Shown in pieces: positions 41,391 to 55,368 of a stretch of DNA of 64,000 bases. The notes beneath the pieces are model-generated. The model did no database searches, was not told the DNA's origin, and was given only the letters and a program-made list of their open reading frames with translations. This DNA comes from Tubulanus polymorphus. Lineage: Eukaryota; Animalia; Nemertea. How positions within the stretch are numbered: position 1 is the stretch's first letter; each line of letters begins with the position of its first letter. The stretch lies in the NCBI RefSeq assembly GCF_964204645.1, contig NC_134034.1, positions 6,856,914 to 6,920,913 of the forward strand. Direction: 5' to 3'. The translations under genes and the position numbers were made by a program.

Positions 41391-42419
41391 TCTTAGCCTG
41401 CCCTGTCGAATCTATTACAAATCGCTCGAGCTCCTGAAGGCGAATCTGCATACAGGGCGAAGGAGGTTCGCACGAAGCGACCGCCGTCTCCACAGTGAAT
41501 CCCTTCCGACGAGTCCCGGAGTTACGATCCTCAGTATCTGAGTTGATCCTCACAGCCTCCACCGTCCGACGACGCCGACTCTCAATAAACATAACATGAG
41601 ATCGAAATTAAATAAGATTGAGTTTATTTACGACAGCAGGCAGAAATCCGACCATGTCGTTCGATTTCCTATACCAGAGTGGAGACTATAGACCACACTA
41701 TAAAGAGGGTGCACTGAATGGAGGCGCCACTATACAGTGCTAATAAAGAGTCCAAAAATCACTCTCTCACACTCTCAAGGATGGTGCTACTATCAATATT
41801 GTGGTTATTCGGCATGATGTTAAAAACCATAATCATGCCACCCCTGGCCCTCCGGTAATACAGGGTAGATAGAATCAGGATCTTAAGTCTATCCCTGTAT
41901 TCCAGGTCTCGACAAGAGAACACCAACACTGACATTTTCTGACGCTAGTTAGTATGACCGCCAATGCAAAACGCAGCCTAATGGAACGGACCAATTCGAT
42001 TCAATATAAAAAACGCATACATTAAATAGATAAACCCCATTGAATATTCGTAGAATTGATATCCGCCAACAAAACAGTAACTGAAATTTTTTGAAATGCA
42101 TGTATCCAGCATTTTTCACTGTTACGTGCATGGGTATGTACCCTTCAAAATAACTGGCTTTCCGAATACATTATTTCGTGAATAAGTTCCTAGTCCAGAT
42201 ACGTTTTTCGTGGTTATGGGGGAATACCGATTGCCGGTCGCCCATAGTAGATTTCCACCGGTGTTGTCTGATAGAAAGCAATTTTAAGCTTAAAATAGGA
42301 TGTACAGTACATACATAGAATCTGTGTGCAGATTCGGAGCATGATAATTCTATCGGAGTTCAACATTTCGTTTAGAAGCTGTTGTTAGTAGTCAAATCTA
42401 ATTTTTTTTTTCCCAGAAT

Positions 42420-44979
42420 TTTGAGTGTCTTGATATATCAATAACTTATCGTTCAGAGTTTGTCAGGTTAATAGCAGTCTACAGACCGGATCCTTATCCC
42501 CGTCTTGTAAATGAATTCATTGAAGAATTCGGGTCATTTCTGGAACAGTTAGTGACCACTAATAAGCATCTTGTTATCGCCGGTGACTTTAATATCCATA
42601 TGGACAAAATTGGTGATGCTCTAGTTATAAAATTTAATCAGTTTCTAGATGGACTGGGCTTAAAGCAGCATGTTCATCAGGCCACCCATATCAAAGGTCA
42701 TTCGCTTGATCTTCTTTTGTCACATTGTGATAACTCTCTTATCAAGGATGTTCTCGTTGATCCTTCCTTACCGCCTGATCATTACGCGGTTCATTGCACA
42801 TCAGCACTGTTAAAACCTCCACCTGTTAAGGAAACAAGGACTTTTAGGAGGACGAGAAAGATTGATATAGATAGTTTCTGTGAAAGTATTATGAACTCAA
42901 CTCTGATATCTCAACCCAGTGACATACTTGATGAACTTGTAGAACAGTATGATACAGTTCTCAGGAGTATCCTTGACACTCATGCCCCAGAGATCAGTCG
43001 GTCAGTAATTGTTAGAGACCAAGATGCGTGGTTCAGTGATAACATAAGGGAGGCTAGACAAGTTCGCCGTAGATTGGAGAGAAAATGGAGAAAGGAGAGG
43101 ACAGGGATTTCAAAACAAATGTTTTGTTTTCAAAATCATGTTGTTTGTGATTTGATTAAGGAGGCTAAGTTGAACTTCCACAAATCGCGAATTGCAAACG
43201 GTTCCAACAGGGATTTATTTAACATTGTAAATGGCTTACTGGGGAGGAGCAATGTATCTCCACTGCCGGATCATAGTGACGTTGCCGTGCTGGCAAATAG
43301 GTTCTGCGATTTCTTTAGGCAGAAAGTAGCCAATGTTTATGCGCGGTATGATACTACGGTGTACCCAGAGGTCCATGAACCCAGCTGTAACACGCTTGAC
43401 AGTTTTATGCTTACTAATGAACAGGAAGTGAAAAAGCTTATTCTTTCCTTGCCTGCTTAAGGTTGTAGTCTAGACCCAATACCAACTTGGTTGCTTAAAA
43501 AGTGTGTAGATTATCTTCTACCGGTTTTAGTGAAGATTATAAATTTGTCCCTGTCGCAAGGCATTGTTCCATCATCCTTTAAGTTTGCCTTGGTTAAGCC
43601 GTTACTCAAGAAGTCTTCGCTGGATAAGGATACCCTAAGTAATTATCGTCCGGTGTCCAATTTATCTTATGTATCCAAGTTGTTGGAGCGGATAGTTGCA
43701 GTGCGGCCTGGTGATCATATGATTGCAAATGACTTGTATGATACATTTCAATCTGCTTACCAACGTGGACATAGCACCGAAACCGTGATGCTCTCAGTCA
43801 GTGACCAGATTCTAACTAGGGTGGATGCTGGAGATGAAGTTCTACTTGTGCTCCTCGACTCGTCATCCGCGTTTGATACTGATGATCACCGTATTCTGAT
43901 CAACAGGCTTTATGAAAGGACTGGTATCAACAATACTGCTCTTAGATGGTTTCAGTCGTACTTAGAAATGCGTCAGATTTCTGTTGCTGTTGGAAAAAGC
44001 AGATCAAGTTTTAACACTCTGCTTTATGGTGTGCCGCAGGGTTCTGTCCTGGGTCCAGTTTTATTTACAATATACACTCTCCCGTTAAGTGATGTTATCA
44101 ATATCCCTTATCACCTTTATGCTGATGATAATCAGTTAATGTCATCTGCTGGCAATGGTGATGAGGTAGGATGTTCTCGTTCCATCATAAGTGTAGAATC
44201 GTGTGTCTCCTGGTTGACGGTCAATAGACTGGCACTGAATGCGCCCAAGGCGGACATGATTAACATCGTTTCTTCGCGTCGTGCAGGGACAATTCCTGGT
44301 ATTCATGTTGGTGATACCTTCATTGAGGCGTCGGACTGTGTTCGTGACCTTGGTGTCTTTCTGGACAAGAACATGAACATGTAGCTTCATATTAAATCAC
44401 TTTGTAAGGCATCATATGCAAAGCTTTACAGCATAAGTCGTTTTCTTGATCGTGCGAGTCTTGAACGTCAAGTCCATGCATTTGTGACATCCTGCATTGA
44501 CTGCAACAACGGTTTGCTGTATGGACTACCCAAGAAAACAACTGCACCACTTCAGCGCGTACAGAACTTGGCTGCACGTATCATTCTCCGCAAGCGAAAA
44601 TATGACCATGTTACTCCGCTGCTGATCGAATTGCATTGGCTGCCTCTAGCAGGCCGTACTGTAGCAGGCCGTGTTAACGGCTTAGCACCAGCATATTTGT
44701 CTGACCTGTTGGAAAGTCATTCTGCTGTTCGTGTAACCAGGTCAACTGACTCAGCTTCTCTTCGAACTAAACGAACCAAAACATCCTATGGAGATAGAAG
44801 TTTTCCTGTGTGTGTGGACCTAGACTTTGGAATTCCCTACCATTTGATATAAAAAACTCGTTGGACATTTGAATCATCAGTTAAGACATGGCTCTTCAAG
44901 AAGCACTTTTTGGAGAACCAAGCGCTTTGAGCTCTCGGATGGAAAAGCGCTATACAAGAACTTATTATTATTATTATTA
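42420..44979 (+). mobile_element. L2-clade LINE, 5'-truncated ORF2
   Basis: [69 protein letters not shown]. 3' stem AGCGCTTT...AAAGCGCT and (TTA)n tail. Confidence 0.95.
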
Positions 44980-45776
44980 ATTACAAAAGGATTTTCGACC
45001 AAAGTCAGAAAATCCTAATAATCATGGGAATATCAATAGGGTTTTCTGTGAAGTAACAGAGAACTCAGAATACCACTTCTATGATAAGGTTGAAAATTCA
45101 CTTGCCATCAAAATTTGAGGAGGGCTGAAAGAAATTGCTCGCATTAGAGATTTATGGTGTGCCTGAAAAAAATAGCTCTCCATTGCCTGTTTCTATATCG
45201 CATGTCCCCATTACCTTTCTATTAGATCTACTACATTGGCATTTCATGACAGCAGCTCTTCCTTTCAATCTATTCACTGCCTGTTGTTTATAGGAAGCCA
45301 TGTAGTTGTTCCAAAAGTACACTATTGCCATCTGCAACACTGGTGACGTCACCAAAATTCCCCATTAAACTGTTCATTTTTCATTAAAAAAAACATATAT
45401 ATTAGAATCCTCAGTCTACAATACATGACAATTGTCAAAGGGCCAGACTTGACTGTGTGTAAGTCATCATATTTTAATAACATTTCAGAGAATACTTACA
45501 GGATAGTAATATTTTGGATAAAAAAGATGATGTCAACTGTCAACAAGATATTGATGCAATAAGAAGTATGCTCGGACAGCACAATGATTCAATTGAACAC
45601 CTCGAAATTGACCAAATCTCTCAAGAAACGGAATTGAAGTCAAGTAGGTATTTATTGATAACAGCAGTATGGATACAAATTAGGTCAACAATTAAAGCTT
45701 AACTGGGTTTACCATTGGCTTGCAAATTTGTGCCTGATCTTCAAGTTTTATTCGTTCTCAAGCCTGAATTGGATTG

Positions 45777-47889
45777 GAGATGAGTAGTACTTTATAGGTA
45801 AACTAGTTTTTTGGTTTACCTATGTTATGGCTGTTGGTTGGCAGTCTGCCAAGAGTATGTTAAATCGCGGCACAAAATTTAGTGGCAATACTTACGGGGT
45901 TGTCTTATATCGTGAAGCAAGTAGAATTGATGTGCGGAGGTCAGGCCGGTAAGTTTCGAACGGATGATGCAATATTTTTCGAGAAAAACGTGAAAAACAT
46001 CGAAAATTCTTCGCTTTCTATAAGTTATTTGTGTTGACCTATATTTGAGTTTCCGACATGAATACAGGAAATTCTCGGCATTTCCGGGAATTTCGGCACC
46101 TCTGACGTAATTTCGGGAGTCACAAAATGGCGAGCAATTAATTTATATTCGTGCCGAGCTTAGTTTGCTGTTAGTTTGTTCGGTTGTGAGGATTATAATA
46201 GAGTCGGCTATCTAATTTAATATCTCGAACTTAGTAAGTGTGGCAATTTCTATAGTCCTAGCCCGGCTTTGTCTTGTCATTGTTTTATTTTGACCGACTC
46301 GTACAAAATACATTCTTTTTTTGAAAGGTTTTTGGAGAGAGGCAGTCGACAAATGTTTGGCATCATTTTTGTTGGAATGAGAGTTAATTGGTTCCACACG
46401 TGTGCGCTTTTTCATTTGCTATTGCCGTAGGCTAATTGGTGTATTTGCCAATGTTTTTGCGGTATATTGGCATTCTTCGCGTAACAGCGCATACACATTA
46501 AAATCCACGCACTGCGTAAATCAGCTGGTATGTAATCCATATATCTAACGTACGTACATACACTCCGCAGTGCAGGGCAAAGTGTATGTATAGTCTGTTT
46601 TCACGTATAACCGTGCGTTGCACTACTGCGCTCTCCTAGCGCGTATTATAAATACTTTCATACGCTGTCTGTTCCTAATTTAGAAGTTTAAATTGAAATA
46701 AGCTTTATTAGGAACGCTTTATTGTCGTGGATAATCATTTGAACCATTTCTGTGGCAACTATAAATAACTGTGCCCCTCTTTTAACTTTGTTAGATTCTT
46801 CGTTGATGGATACTTACATTAATATTTTAAGGTAACCTTAAAAAATATTATATAACTTAGTCAAGGTCTGGTTAAATCACTGTTTCTTGACGTAAAACCA
46901 TAACAAATATAGCTGCAAAGCAGCGATAACGGGTTTTCTGGATGAATGTGATCGAAAGGAAAAATTAATTACCGGGTATTCGATGGAAAAAATAAAATGA
47001 GATGATTTGGATATTATCGGAGCAATCCTCTTATTGGTTGAATGGTCTAACCCCAGTATAGTCCCCCGTGATTTTGAAATTCTCGGAGCCCTCCTTTATT
47101 TACTTACTAAATGAAGTCACAAACTTTCAAATAGGATGGAAAGTACATTCAGACAATCCGTTGGTTCAGAGAGACCGTTATTACAGTATCAATTTATACA
47201 TTTCGTTTCGAAGCTGTCAGTTGCCGAATCTGAATGAAGATGAATTTTATTTGACGAAATCGGCGGAAAATATATATATAATAATAATCAACAGAATTTC
47301 AAGAGCGTTTTCGACGAAAGTCAGAAAACCTTAATAATGTATATAAAGGTATTATACGTTACGGTATGTGGGTAAGCAAAGGAGTGAAAGGTGTCCACTT
47401 AATTCTACATACTCAAAAGGTTTTTAGGTCTTCTAGAACGGGAAATTTACCGTTTTAAAAACAGTTAATTGCCAATAAATTTTTGACATTTTTTGTTTTT
47501 AAACTAAATATTCAGTTCGGAATGTTTGAGGTTCAAATTTGAGACCTCAAAATTGTAGGAGACTCCCGTATGATAAAATATTCAACGTTTATTAGTTCTA
47601 AAAATATATTATATGGCAATTTCAGAGAGTCAATAAATCATTGTTTGTCACTTTCTGATGAGTATTTGTGCTGTCTCATCATCTAGGCCTCTCTGCATTC
47701 AAGGCTGGAATGATTGGATAGAGCATTGAACAAAATCTAAACCTATAGGAAAATATTGCCACATTCATCAGGAAGAAATTGAGCTGGTAGGCCTAAAATG
47801 AGAATTTTGGAACTGTTTAATTGGCTTCATGGATTTTTATGCTAAATACAAAGAATAAACTAGTTAACCTATAAAGTACTACACGTCCT
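45777..47889. mobile_element. Non-autonomous TIR element with 4-bp TSD, possibly Sola-type
   Basis: TIR core GTAGTACTTTATAGGT(A/T)AACTAGTTT at both ends; ATTG at 45773-45776 and 47890-47893. Confidence 0.7.
46906..47337 (-). mobile_element. HINE family C
   Basis: 5' GGTTTTCTGAC hairpin + (ATT)n; 3' subTIR AGAAAACC and GCTGC-TTT-GCAGC hairpin then TATATTT. Matching termini also at ~1708-1743, ~28717-28750 and ~44980-45021. Confidence 0.75.
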
Positions 47890-48462
47890 ATTGTATTTAT
47901 TCTACACCCGGTTAACACCGCTCCTCTATGAAGTTACCCATCATAAAGACTTAGTGGCTGGTTGAATGAAATCGAACTTACATTTCAGGTTCCATTTGGA
48001 ATACGTGGCAGTCACATGAAAAGAGAATAGTGATTGGTATACCACTAGAAGCATTTGACATTGATTGTCCAGATTGTGAGATGAAATCTTCTATTTTGAA
48101 TGAATTTAGTATATTGGATGCTAAATTTACCGAGCATTTAGCTGATCTGGATGGTTCCCACTCATTTGTAAAAGAGTAAGTAAATCTGTGAAGTTAAAAC
48201 TTTACAAGAAGATATGGAAATGTAGACATCATAAATTATGAGAAACTGAAAAATATTTTCACACGTATGATACAGTAGACTCGGATCTGGGGACCGTGGG
48301 TAATTGTCTGAGGTGAACAATGTCCAACCAGATTGATGTTCACAATAATAAAAAACATACCTTTAAAGAAAAGTGTTAAAAGGCTTAATGCACTTAATTA
48401 CCTCTGTTTGAATGATTATTGGGATTTTTATTGTCAATAAATGGGATTTTAGCCAACAGATT

Positions 48463-50180
48463 TTTTGGTTTACCTTTGTCAGCGATATGATGTTGGCATT
48501 CAGCCAATTCATGTAAAATAGCGGTACGTTTTTTATGTGAGCATTTGTTTTATTGGTTCTCGGCTTAAACAATGTATAATCGATGAGATTGAAGACATGG
48601 CGAACCTCCGTCGATGACATGGTCAACTGAGTTAAAATTCTACGAAAAACTGTTTTTGGCGGGAAAATTCTTAGCTCTCGCGTATAAAATTGCAATGACC
48701 TCGATTGAGGGGTGTCGTCTCTATGAACGAATGTGATTGGCTGTTTTTGGGATATATGGGGAATTCCGGCGCTACTAAAATAATTATGTGAAAGCCATAG
48801 AATGGCGTACGTTTCATTGGACTAGGTGCCGTATACGTGCGAATTTCAAATGCTCATTGCTGGTGAGGATGTAATTATTTCACACATCCGCCATAGGTAT
48901 TATTTCAATACCCGGTGATTGTTTTGATTGACATTGATTGAGGTGTAAGCGAATATTCACTTACACGAGGCCTCCACGTGCGCGCGGAGTGCTACACGAC
49001 ACACACACAAGCTCGTACAGTACAGTACTAAGGGTGATGCTGTAACGCGTGCACGTTTGACATGAAAATAGGCTGAATAATCGTAGCAGAAGATGATGCG
49101 CTGTGTTTTCTGTTCGATAGAATTTGTAATAAATTGTAATTTTTTGTGGCCTGAAAATACTAAGCAGCAAACTATAAGGTCTGTCGAGGTCTGAATATTG
49201 TAGTGGTAAATTCCAGGATTTAAAACGATCTAATAGCTTATTTCTTCTGTACCGGTATTTTAGCTTCCGCGGCCAACATTGGAAGAGGTTTCCAAGACCC
49301 AATATTCAGCCACCCTCTGATATGTGACATAATATGAATTTTAGGCCATCCCAAAATAATGGTCTGTTTGCCGTAACCCGACCGACCCGACTTCAAAGGT
49401 AACGAGTGAAAACTTTTTTCTGGGATTCATTGAAATAAATTTTATTTTTGATAAAAATGGCTGACCGACCGACCGACCGACCGACCGACCGACCGACCGA
49501 CGTATGAGCTACGTATGTTTGAATTCAAGTGTGTATCGTGTGAAAACATGCCTTGACATGTGGCCTAGTTTAAGTTTTCCAGGAAACTGGCAGAATTCCA
49601 ATAAGCTGCCATTCATTCTCATAGTGACTATATTAAAGCTGGTAACGTAAAAGTGCGCACATATTCAATGTACTGTTTCATTTTTAACTCAGAGATTAGT
49701 CGCTATTAGACAAATTTCCCGTGCACAGCGTAGATGATTTTTTGCTATATTGTTTCCATGTAAAAAAGCCCAAAGGTGAAAAATTTGTTTTTGTTGCCCA
49801 AAAGTTTTGCCAAAAAAAATTTCTACTTAGCTACCGACTCATGCTGAAAAGTTGAGTCGGTGTTACGGCAAACAGACAATTATTTTGGGATGGCCTTATT
49901 TGAATATTTTTTCATATTGTGAAACATTTTTTTGAAAATATGAAATAGTTTCCCTGCCGCGCCTACCTGTACCCTACAAAATTTTGGACATGGACTGTAA
50001 ACAAATGTATATCTTTGGTCTTATTTGACTACAAAATAATTCTTTAAGAATGATAAAATACAAGATAAACTTGTGGAACTTTGAAGTCACGAATTTAAAA
50101 GATTTTTCAAGCAATGCCGTTATTCCAAACAACCTCTAGCTTTCAAGTTAAACCACACTTTGCCCATGGGCAATTTATTT
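48463..50180 (+). mobile_element. HINE family B, copy 1
   Basis: Colinear with 56320-58211. 5' TTTGGTTTACCTTTG, 3' TAAACCA + TTGCCCATGGGCAA palindrome + TTTATT. T-run flanks. Confidence 0.8.
49344..49895. mobile_element. Harbinger-type MITE with (CCGA)n microsatellite
   Basis: TIR GGCCATCCCAAAATAAT(G/T)GTCTGTTTGCCGTAAC; TTA/TTA flanks; empty site at ~57764 in HINE-B copy 2. Confidence 0.93.
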
Positions 50181-52429
50181 TCTCATTCTTGATAAGGACA
50201 TTTTATAGAATTCGATCACTTCTTGTTTTTTTTCAAAGCTGTGTGCCTGCAGTTTCCGCTTCATGATAACTAGATCAATGAGTGAGTGAGCAGCAACCGA
50301 TTATCCGAGACGGTCGGCTCCAAGCACCCGCAGTCTACTATAGTACAGTTTTGTCATACAAGATTTCACAAAAGAGCAATCATGTATGTTTTGAATGGAT
50401 TAATTTCTGGGAATTACTGAGTGTTTTTTTTTGGAAATGTCTAGGGGATATGTATATGTTCAAGTCTCTAGCAAAATTATAGTCATTTTTCCCTGAACTG
50501 AAGTCTTAAAGATAGAAAGTTAGGATATAGGATGTGCAGAGAAACAATAATAATCTATAAAAGAGCTGAATAGTTAACATAAAATGCTGCTGATTTTTTT
50601 ACTTTAGATAACTTAATTTGTGCTCAATGTCCATTGAATGTTAAACCATTGGTGTTGTCATTATTTTCATCATATTAGTGATCATTTAGATATAATCACG
50701 AATATATGACACAAATCTTTACCTTTATTCGGAGCAGTAATGAGATATCAGACAACAAGGTTTAACATGATCAAGCTGACCTTTTAACAGTGTCAGTAGA
50801 GTTTCGCTGAGATATGCCTCTAAGAGACATATACTTTTACATTGTATTGATGTATATAGTTTACGCAGAAAGCAATCATATAAGATAGACAGGGATAAAT
50901 AAAACTTTGGGTACCATAGATATCCATATGTAGCCTCGGAGTTTGCATGTCGGATGAACTATGCGATGTGAAAATTCCTTCAAATTAACACTTTTCAATT
51001 ATTGATATTTCAGTAATCCATCTCTCATTACAGCTAAAAACTATTTGTGCGCTATATGATTTTTAATGTCAAACCTAACACGACAAATGAAGTTCTTTTA
51101 CCACAGTGTAGAGTCTTAATTTCATTGTGTCATATTTTTATTACCAGCATCTCAAGGTCGTCATATCAGTGTATGGATCCCGTCATCAAATGTTGATATC
51201 TGTCCAGAATTTTCTATCATAGATGCAACCGAATTGATAAGAAATAGAGAATATAAAGTAAAGCAGCGATAATGGATTATCTGCATTTCACATGTAACCT
51301 GAGGCGACTGAAATTGAAAAGTTCATTGGTGGGGATTTGAACCAGAGAATACCAAATTGGCGCAACTGTGATGATACGAATATCCTCATAGGAATCCTTT
51401 TTCACATAACTGAAACAACATATCTCAAAATAACTTAGTTCATATTTGACCACAGCGTGGCATCACAACCTAGTTGGCAGCACTGGCTAGAGCTTCTTGG
51501 ACTAGAGCTATTCAGTGCAGTTACATCTGTCTCATAGCCTATATATAGTTAAACTGTGGAAATGTACACATATGAATATCCTTGTGATTTTCCAAATTCC
51601 AATGACCAATGAAAATGAACCAAAGAGGCAATTTAAGTTAACTTTTATTAGAAATTAGAACGTAGAAGTTAAAAATAACCTTGTGATCAATCAATGTAAA
51701 CATTTACCAATACTTCCAGAACAAGCATCAGTACGTATTTAATGAAAGTGTCTAGAAGTAATTACTTATGGACTTGTACATTCACAATATCTTCAAAAGG
51801 TCCTATGGAATAATGTATGAATAAGCATCTGATTGACATAATGTATTTGTTTATAGATATTAATATTCAAAAATATTTCATTCCATCAATCAATTTCTAC
51901 TAATTTACATATGCTCTCTCGTAGGATCCATAATCTTTATGATACACATGTAAACTTCCAATGGGAACACATATGAAATTTGAATTATTTACAATGTATT
52001 ATTTATTCAGAGCAGAAAGAACGGAAAATATGAACATATTTTAATTTTCGTATATCCGATTAAATATATTGCAAATACGAAAGTATATGAATGTACATTA
52101 TTGCAATTCCGAGAGAATATCTATTTCTTTGTTCAAAATTAAAGTGTACTTAGTTGATCCTACTGGAACCATGGCCCATTATATATAATCTGATCTGACC
52201 TGTGATGACCTAAATCATGAATAATAATTAGTAGATGTACATCTACTCAACACTGTTAATCCTTAGTGATTCCTCCCTTAATTAGAATTATGAAGTCAAT
52301 TGGTAAAATATCATTGCTTAAGTGCCAGTCTCTGCCCTTCCAGTTCATAATCTCGGCGTGTTGTTTCACCCACAACCTAGCAGAAAGCCCCATGAGGCCC
52401 ATGTTAACTATGTCCTCAAACTATGTTAA

Positions 52430-52850
52430 TTGGATTATCTGCAACACGTAAACTCCAAGTTCTTCATAATTCAGTTGCATGTTTGATGTTTGATCTAGGA
52501 CTCAAATTTCAACCATATCACTCCAGTTCTTCAGGACCTTCACTGGCAACCCGTTTCTGCAAGAATCTGTTAAAAGTCGCACTGTCAACCTTTAAGGCAC
52601 TGAATCATCTGGCTTCTTCATACTTATCCAGACTTTTACAACTTAATGTACAGAACTTTAGGTTCTGCTAATCAGGAGAGACTGGTTGTTTCTATTTCCG
52701 CTTGTTTTCATATGGTGGTAGAGCATTCTCCACATATGCCCCCAGACTGGAATACCCTTCTTGCGGACATACCGGACCTCATTGTCTTTGTCTTGTGATT
52801 CTTTCAAGCAGACACTCAAAACAGTTCTAAACTGTGATAGCTACAAATAG
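52430..52850 (+). mobile_element. Old L2 LINE 3' fragment
   Basis: KLQVLHNSVA..HITPVLQDLHW..FKALNHLA..YGGRAFS.YAPRL. Confidence 0.7.
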
Positions 52851-52852
52851 GT

Positions 52853-53538
52853 TAAAACGACGGGGTTTGAAATCAGGACAAATCACCACAGATCAGATCC
52901 TCAGCACTTGATTCAAATGCCCGACAAAATTGATAAAATAGTGATTTTAACTAAAGCTACTCAATTTTAATAGCGACAATTCTTGAATAATGTGGCAACA
53001 CAATGTGGAGACAACAGACATTAAATCATAATATAAAAAACAGTTCATGCAAAATGATATAATTTGAAAGCGAGCGATACAATTCGATTCGAGTGCGTGT
53101 TCACGACATCTCTGCACGCAACAATATTCACACCCGTGAATTTACTGAGCGAAAACCCGATCCGCCCTTTTCCATGATACGACATAAACTGAGAATATTA
53201 CGCAACACTCACGATTTTGGAGGAATTCCACAATTACTCACAGGGGCACACACGATACGCTGGCGGACACGGACGTCCAACGATCTACACGCATCGAGAA
53301 TTTGGATATCAAACAAATAAGCAACATTTCATGCACGAGTCGATCTGTGCATCTATGATGGTTGCCTCATCCAATATCTTCATCAGCATTCGTCACCAGG
53401 TCAATTCAAATTCGTTAATCCACAGTTCATTCAGTCTCCGACTGGTAGTACAGCACATTTTTGATAGTAGGGAGCAATAAAAATTCCCAATAAAAATTCT
53501 ACAACTTTACAGAGCCTTCATAAAACACAGGCTCATCA
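52853..53538 (-). repeat. BEL 3' LTR
   Basis: Homologous to 61771-62275, with extra internal segments. Confidence 0.9.
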
Positions 53539-53565
53539 AGGCATCTGATAATTCCTTTGAGCATT

Positions 53566-54453
53566 CTAAATCAAGACAGATCTTACGAGGTCATCTCGAC
53601 CAGGATGAACTTCTACTACACGACCCATCTTCCACTCGCCAACATTAATGTTTTGCTGAATCTCAGTCCACTTTTTGAAGACATTCAGTTCCGTTAAATA
53701 TTCATTGTTCCATCTTGACCAGAAATGTCTTTCTAATCGCTGACGATACTGCAATCTCTTTCTCAGAGTGAGTTTCTTCGTTTCTGAATCGATGTCAGGA
53801 ACAACTTGCAAATAACGCCCAGTTAAGAAATGCGCTGGAGTCAACGGCCACCAATCATCTTTATCAGCCGACACTAGCGTAATAGGTCTTGAGTTCAACT
53901 GACACTCTATACCAGTCAGTACTGTATTGAGTTCAGAAAACGTTAGGAATGCTCGACCAAGAATCTTTCTCAGCGGTTCCTTAACACTACGAACGAGTCT
54001 TTCATAGAACGCTCCATGCCAAGGAGCTTTTGGTGTAATGAATTTCCATTCAATTCCGTATTTGCTCAAACGCGTAACTAGTTTCTCCCGATTTTTTTCA
54101 TTTCTAAAAATTTTCATCAGTATGTTGGCAGCTTTCTTGAAGGTTTTAGCATTATCCGACCACATAATGCCTGGTTTACCCCTACGATTCATCATTTGCT
54201 CGAACGATTTCAGGAATTCATCAATGGTCATATCTTCCAACAACTCCAAGTGAATTGCTCGTATACACATACAAGTAAACATCAGGATATGTACCTTGAC
54301 GAAATTTCCACGAGTTGATTTCACGTAAAGAGGTCCAGCGTAATCACAGCCAACATCAGTAAATGGTTGAGAAATCATAACTCTTTCCACTGGAAGTTGA
54401 CCCATTTTTTGTGCCAATTCTTTTGATTGTTTGCATTTACATTGGAAGATCAT
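53566..54453 (-). pseudogene. BEL integrase core
   Basis: GCDYAGP, RAIHLEL, WSDNAKTF, APWHGAFYERLV, LNSRP, LTPAHFL; C-terminus truncated. Confidence 0.93.
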
Positions 54454-54608
54454 TCGATACTTCTTTTACTCCCAAATTTCAACCTAAGGGTAGCGAGCTT
54501 TTGTCTGGCGCCTGTGGGCCGTGTAACCAATGATACCACAGCACCAGTTTTTCAACCATGATGCTTCTGTTCGTCGGGAAGTAAAGAATTCTTCAAACGA
54601 CCACCAAC

Positions 54609-55368
54609 CAGGGGCGGATCCAGGGGGATGGGTAGACAGTATTGGAAGGAAATTTAAGAGCACCTTTCTGATCTTAGGGCACACCCAGTATCCAGGTCAA
54701 TGCGATCGCCGAAGGCGCGAAGTCCTCAGAGGGGGGTCTGGGAAACGAATTCGAGACAATATTTCAACAGATGCGGATAAAAAATGAAGCTGGCGAACCC
54801 ATGAAAGAATGGTTGTCGCCAACATCGCCTAGTGCCCCTATAATCTTTAAAAGTGCCCCTTAACAATTTTATACAGAATACGGCTAAGTGCCCCTTCATT
54901 GTTAACAATCGGCAAAAATTGCCTCGTCTTCACATTTATCCTTATGTCGTGTGCCATCTTCCAAACCAAAAGTGCCCCTAAAATTTTAAAAATTAGGCCA
55001 AAAAGTGCCCTTTTCTTCAACATTTTCCGCGTATAGTGCCCTCTTCTAAAGTACGAGTGCCCCTTTAGCCCTCCCTGAAAAGGCAAGGACTAGGTGCCCT
55101 CATCTAAAGCATGAGTGCCCCTTGCAAAAGGAAAGTGCCCTTTTTAATTTATCATGATTAAAGGCTTTACAAATATGAATATCTCTCCTCACTTTCTCGG
55201 CAGCAGTATATACCGATAAATTTTATAATTATGCCCAGATTACGGACACGGAATTAGCGGTTGCTGAAATAATGCCGTCAAAAATATTGCCGGTGAAATT
55301 TCGAAGGGCACTTAAAAATTCTAGACCGTATTGGGCAATACGGCTAATACGGTCTGGATCCGCCCCTG
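54609..55368. mobile_element. hAT-like MITE with 5-bp TSD inside BEL pol
   Basis: TIR CAGGGGCGGATCCAG; CCAAC/CCAAC flanks; about ten internal AGTGCCC motifs. Removal restores LRVGGRL. Confidence 0.9.

Larger units (their letters stand above)
34937..51266 (+). pseudogene. Scattered exons of an unidentified multi-exon gene, partly decayed (span tentative)
   Basis: Phase-compatible pairs: 34937-35042 (ATG, GT donor) with 35375 onward; 45489-45643 with 47989-48175 (both open, AG/GT bounded). Further exon-like frames near 35585 and 51148. Some carry stops. Confidence 0.35.

Noticed and set aside
41388-41736. Solo LTR (TG...CA, AATAAA, GC-rich)
   Set aside because: No TSD, no second copy and no clear PBS; cannot be supported.
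53325-53395. Hammerhead ribozyme in the BEL LTR (CTGATGA on minus)
   Set aside because: No stem II pairing to a properly placed GAAA.
54484-55086. Short ORFs inside BEL pol
   Set aside because: They are chimeric translations across the non-coding MITE.
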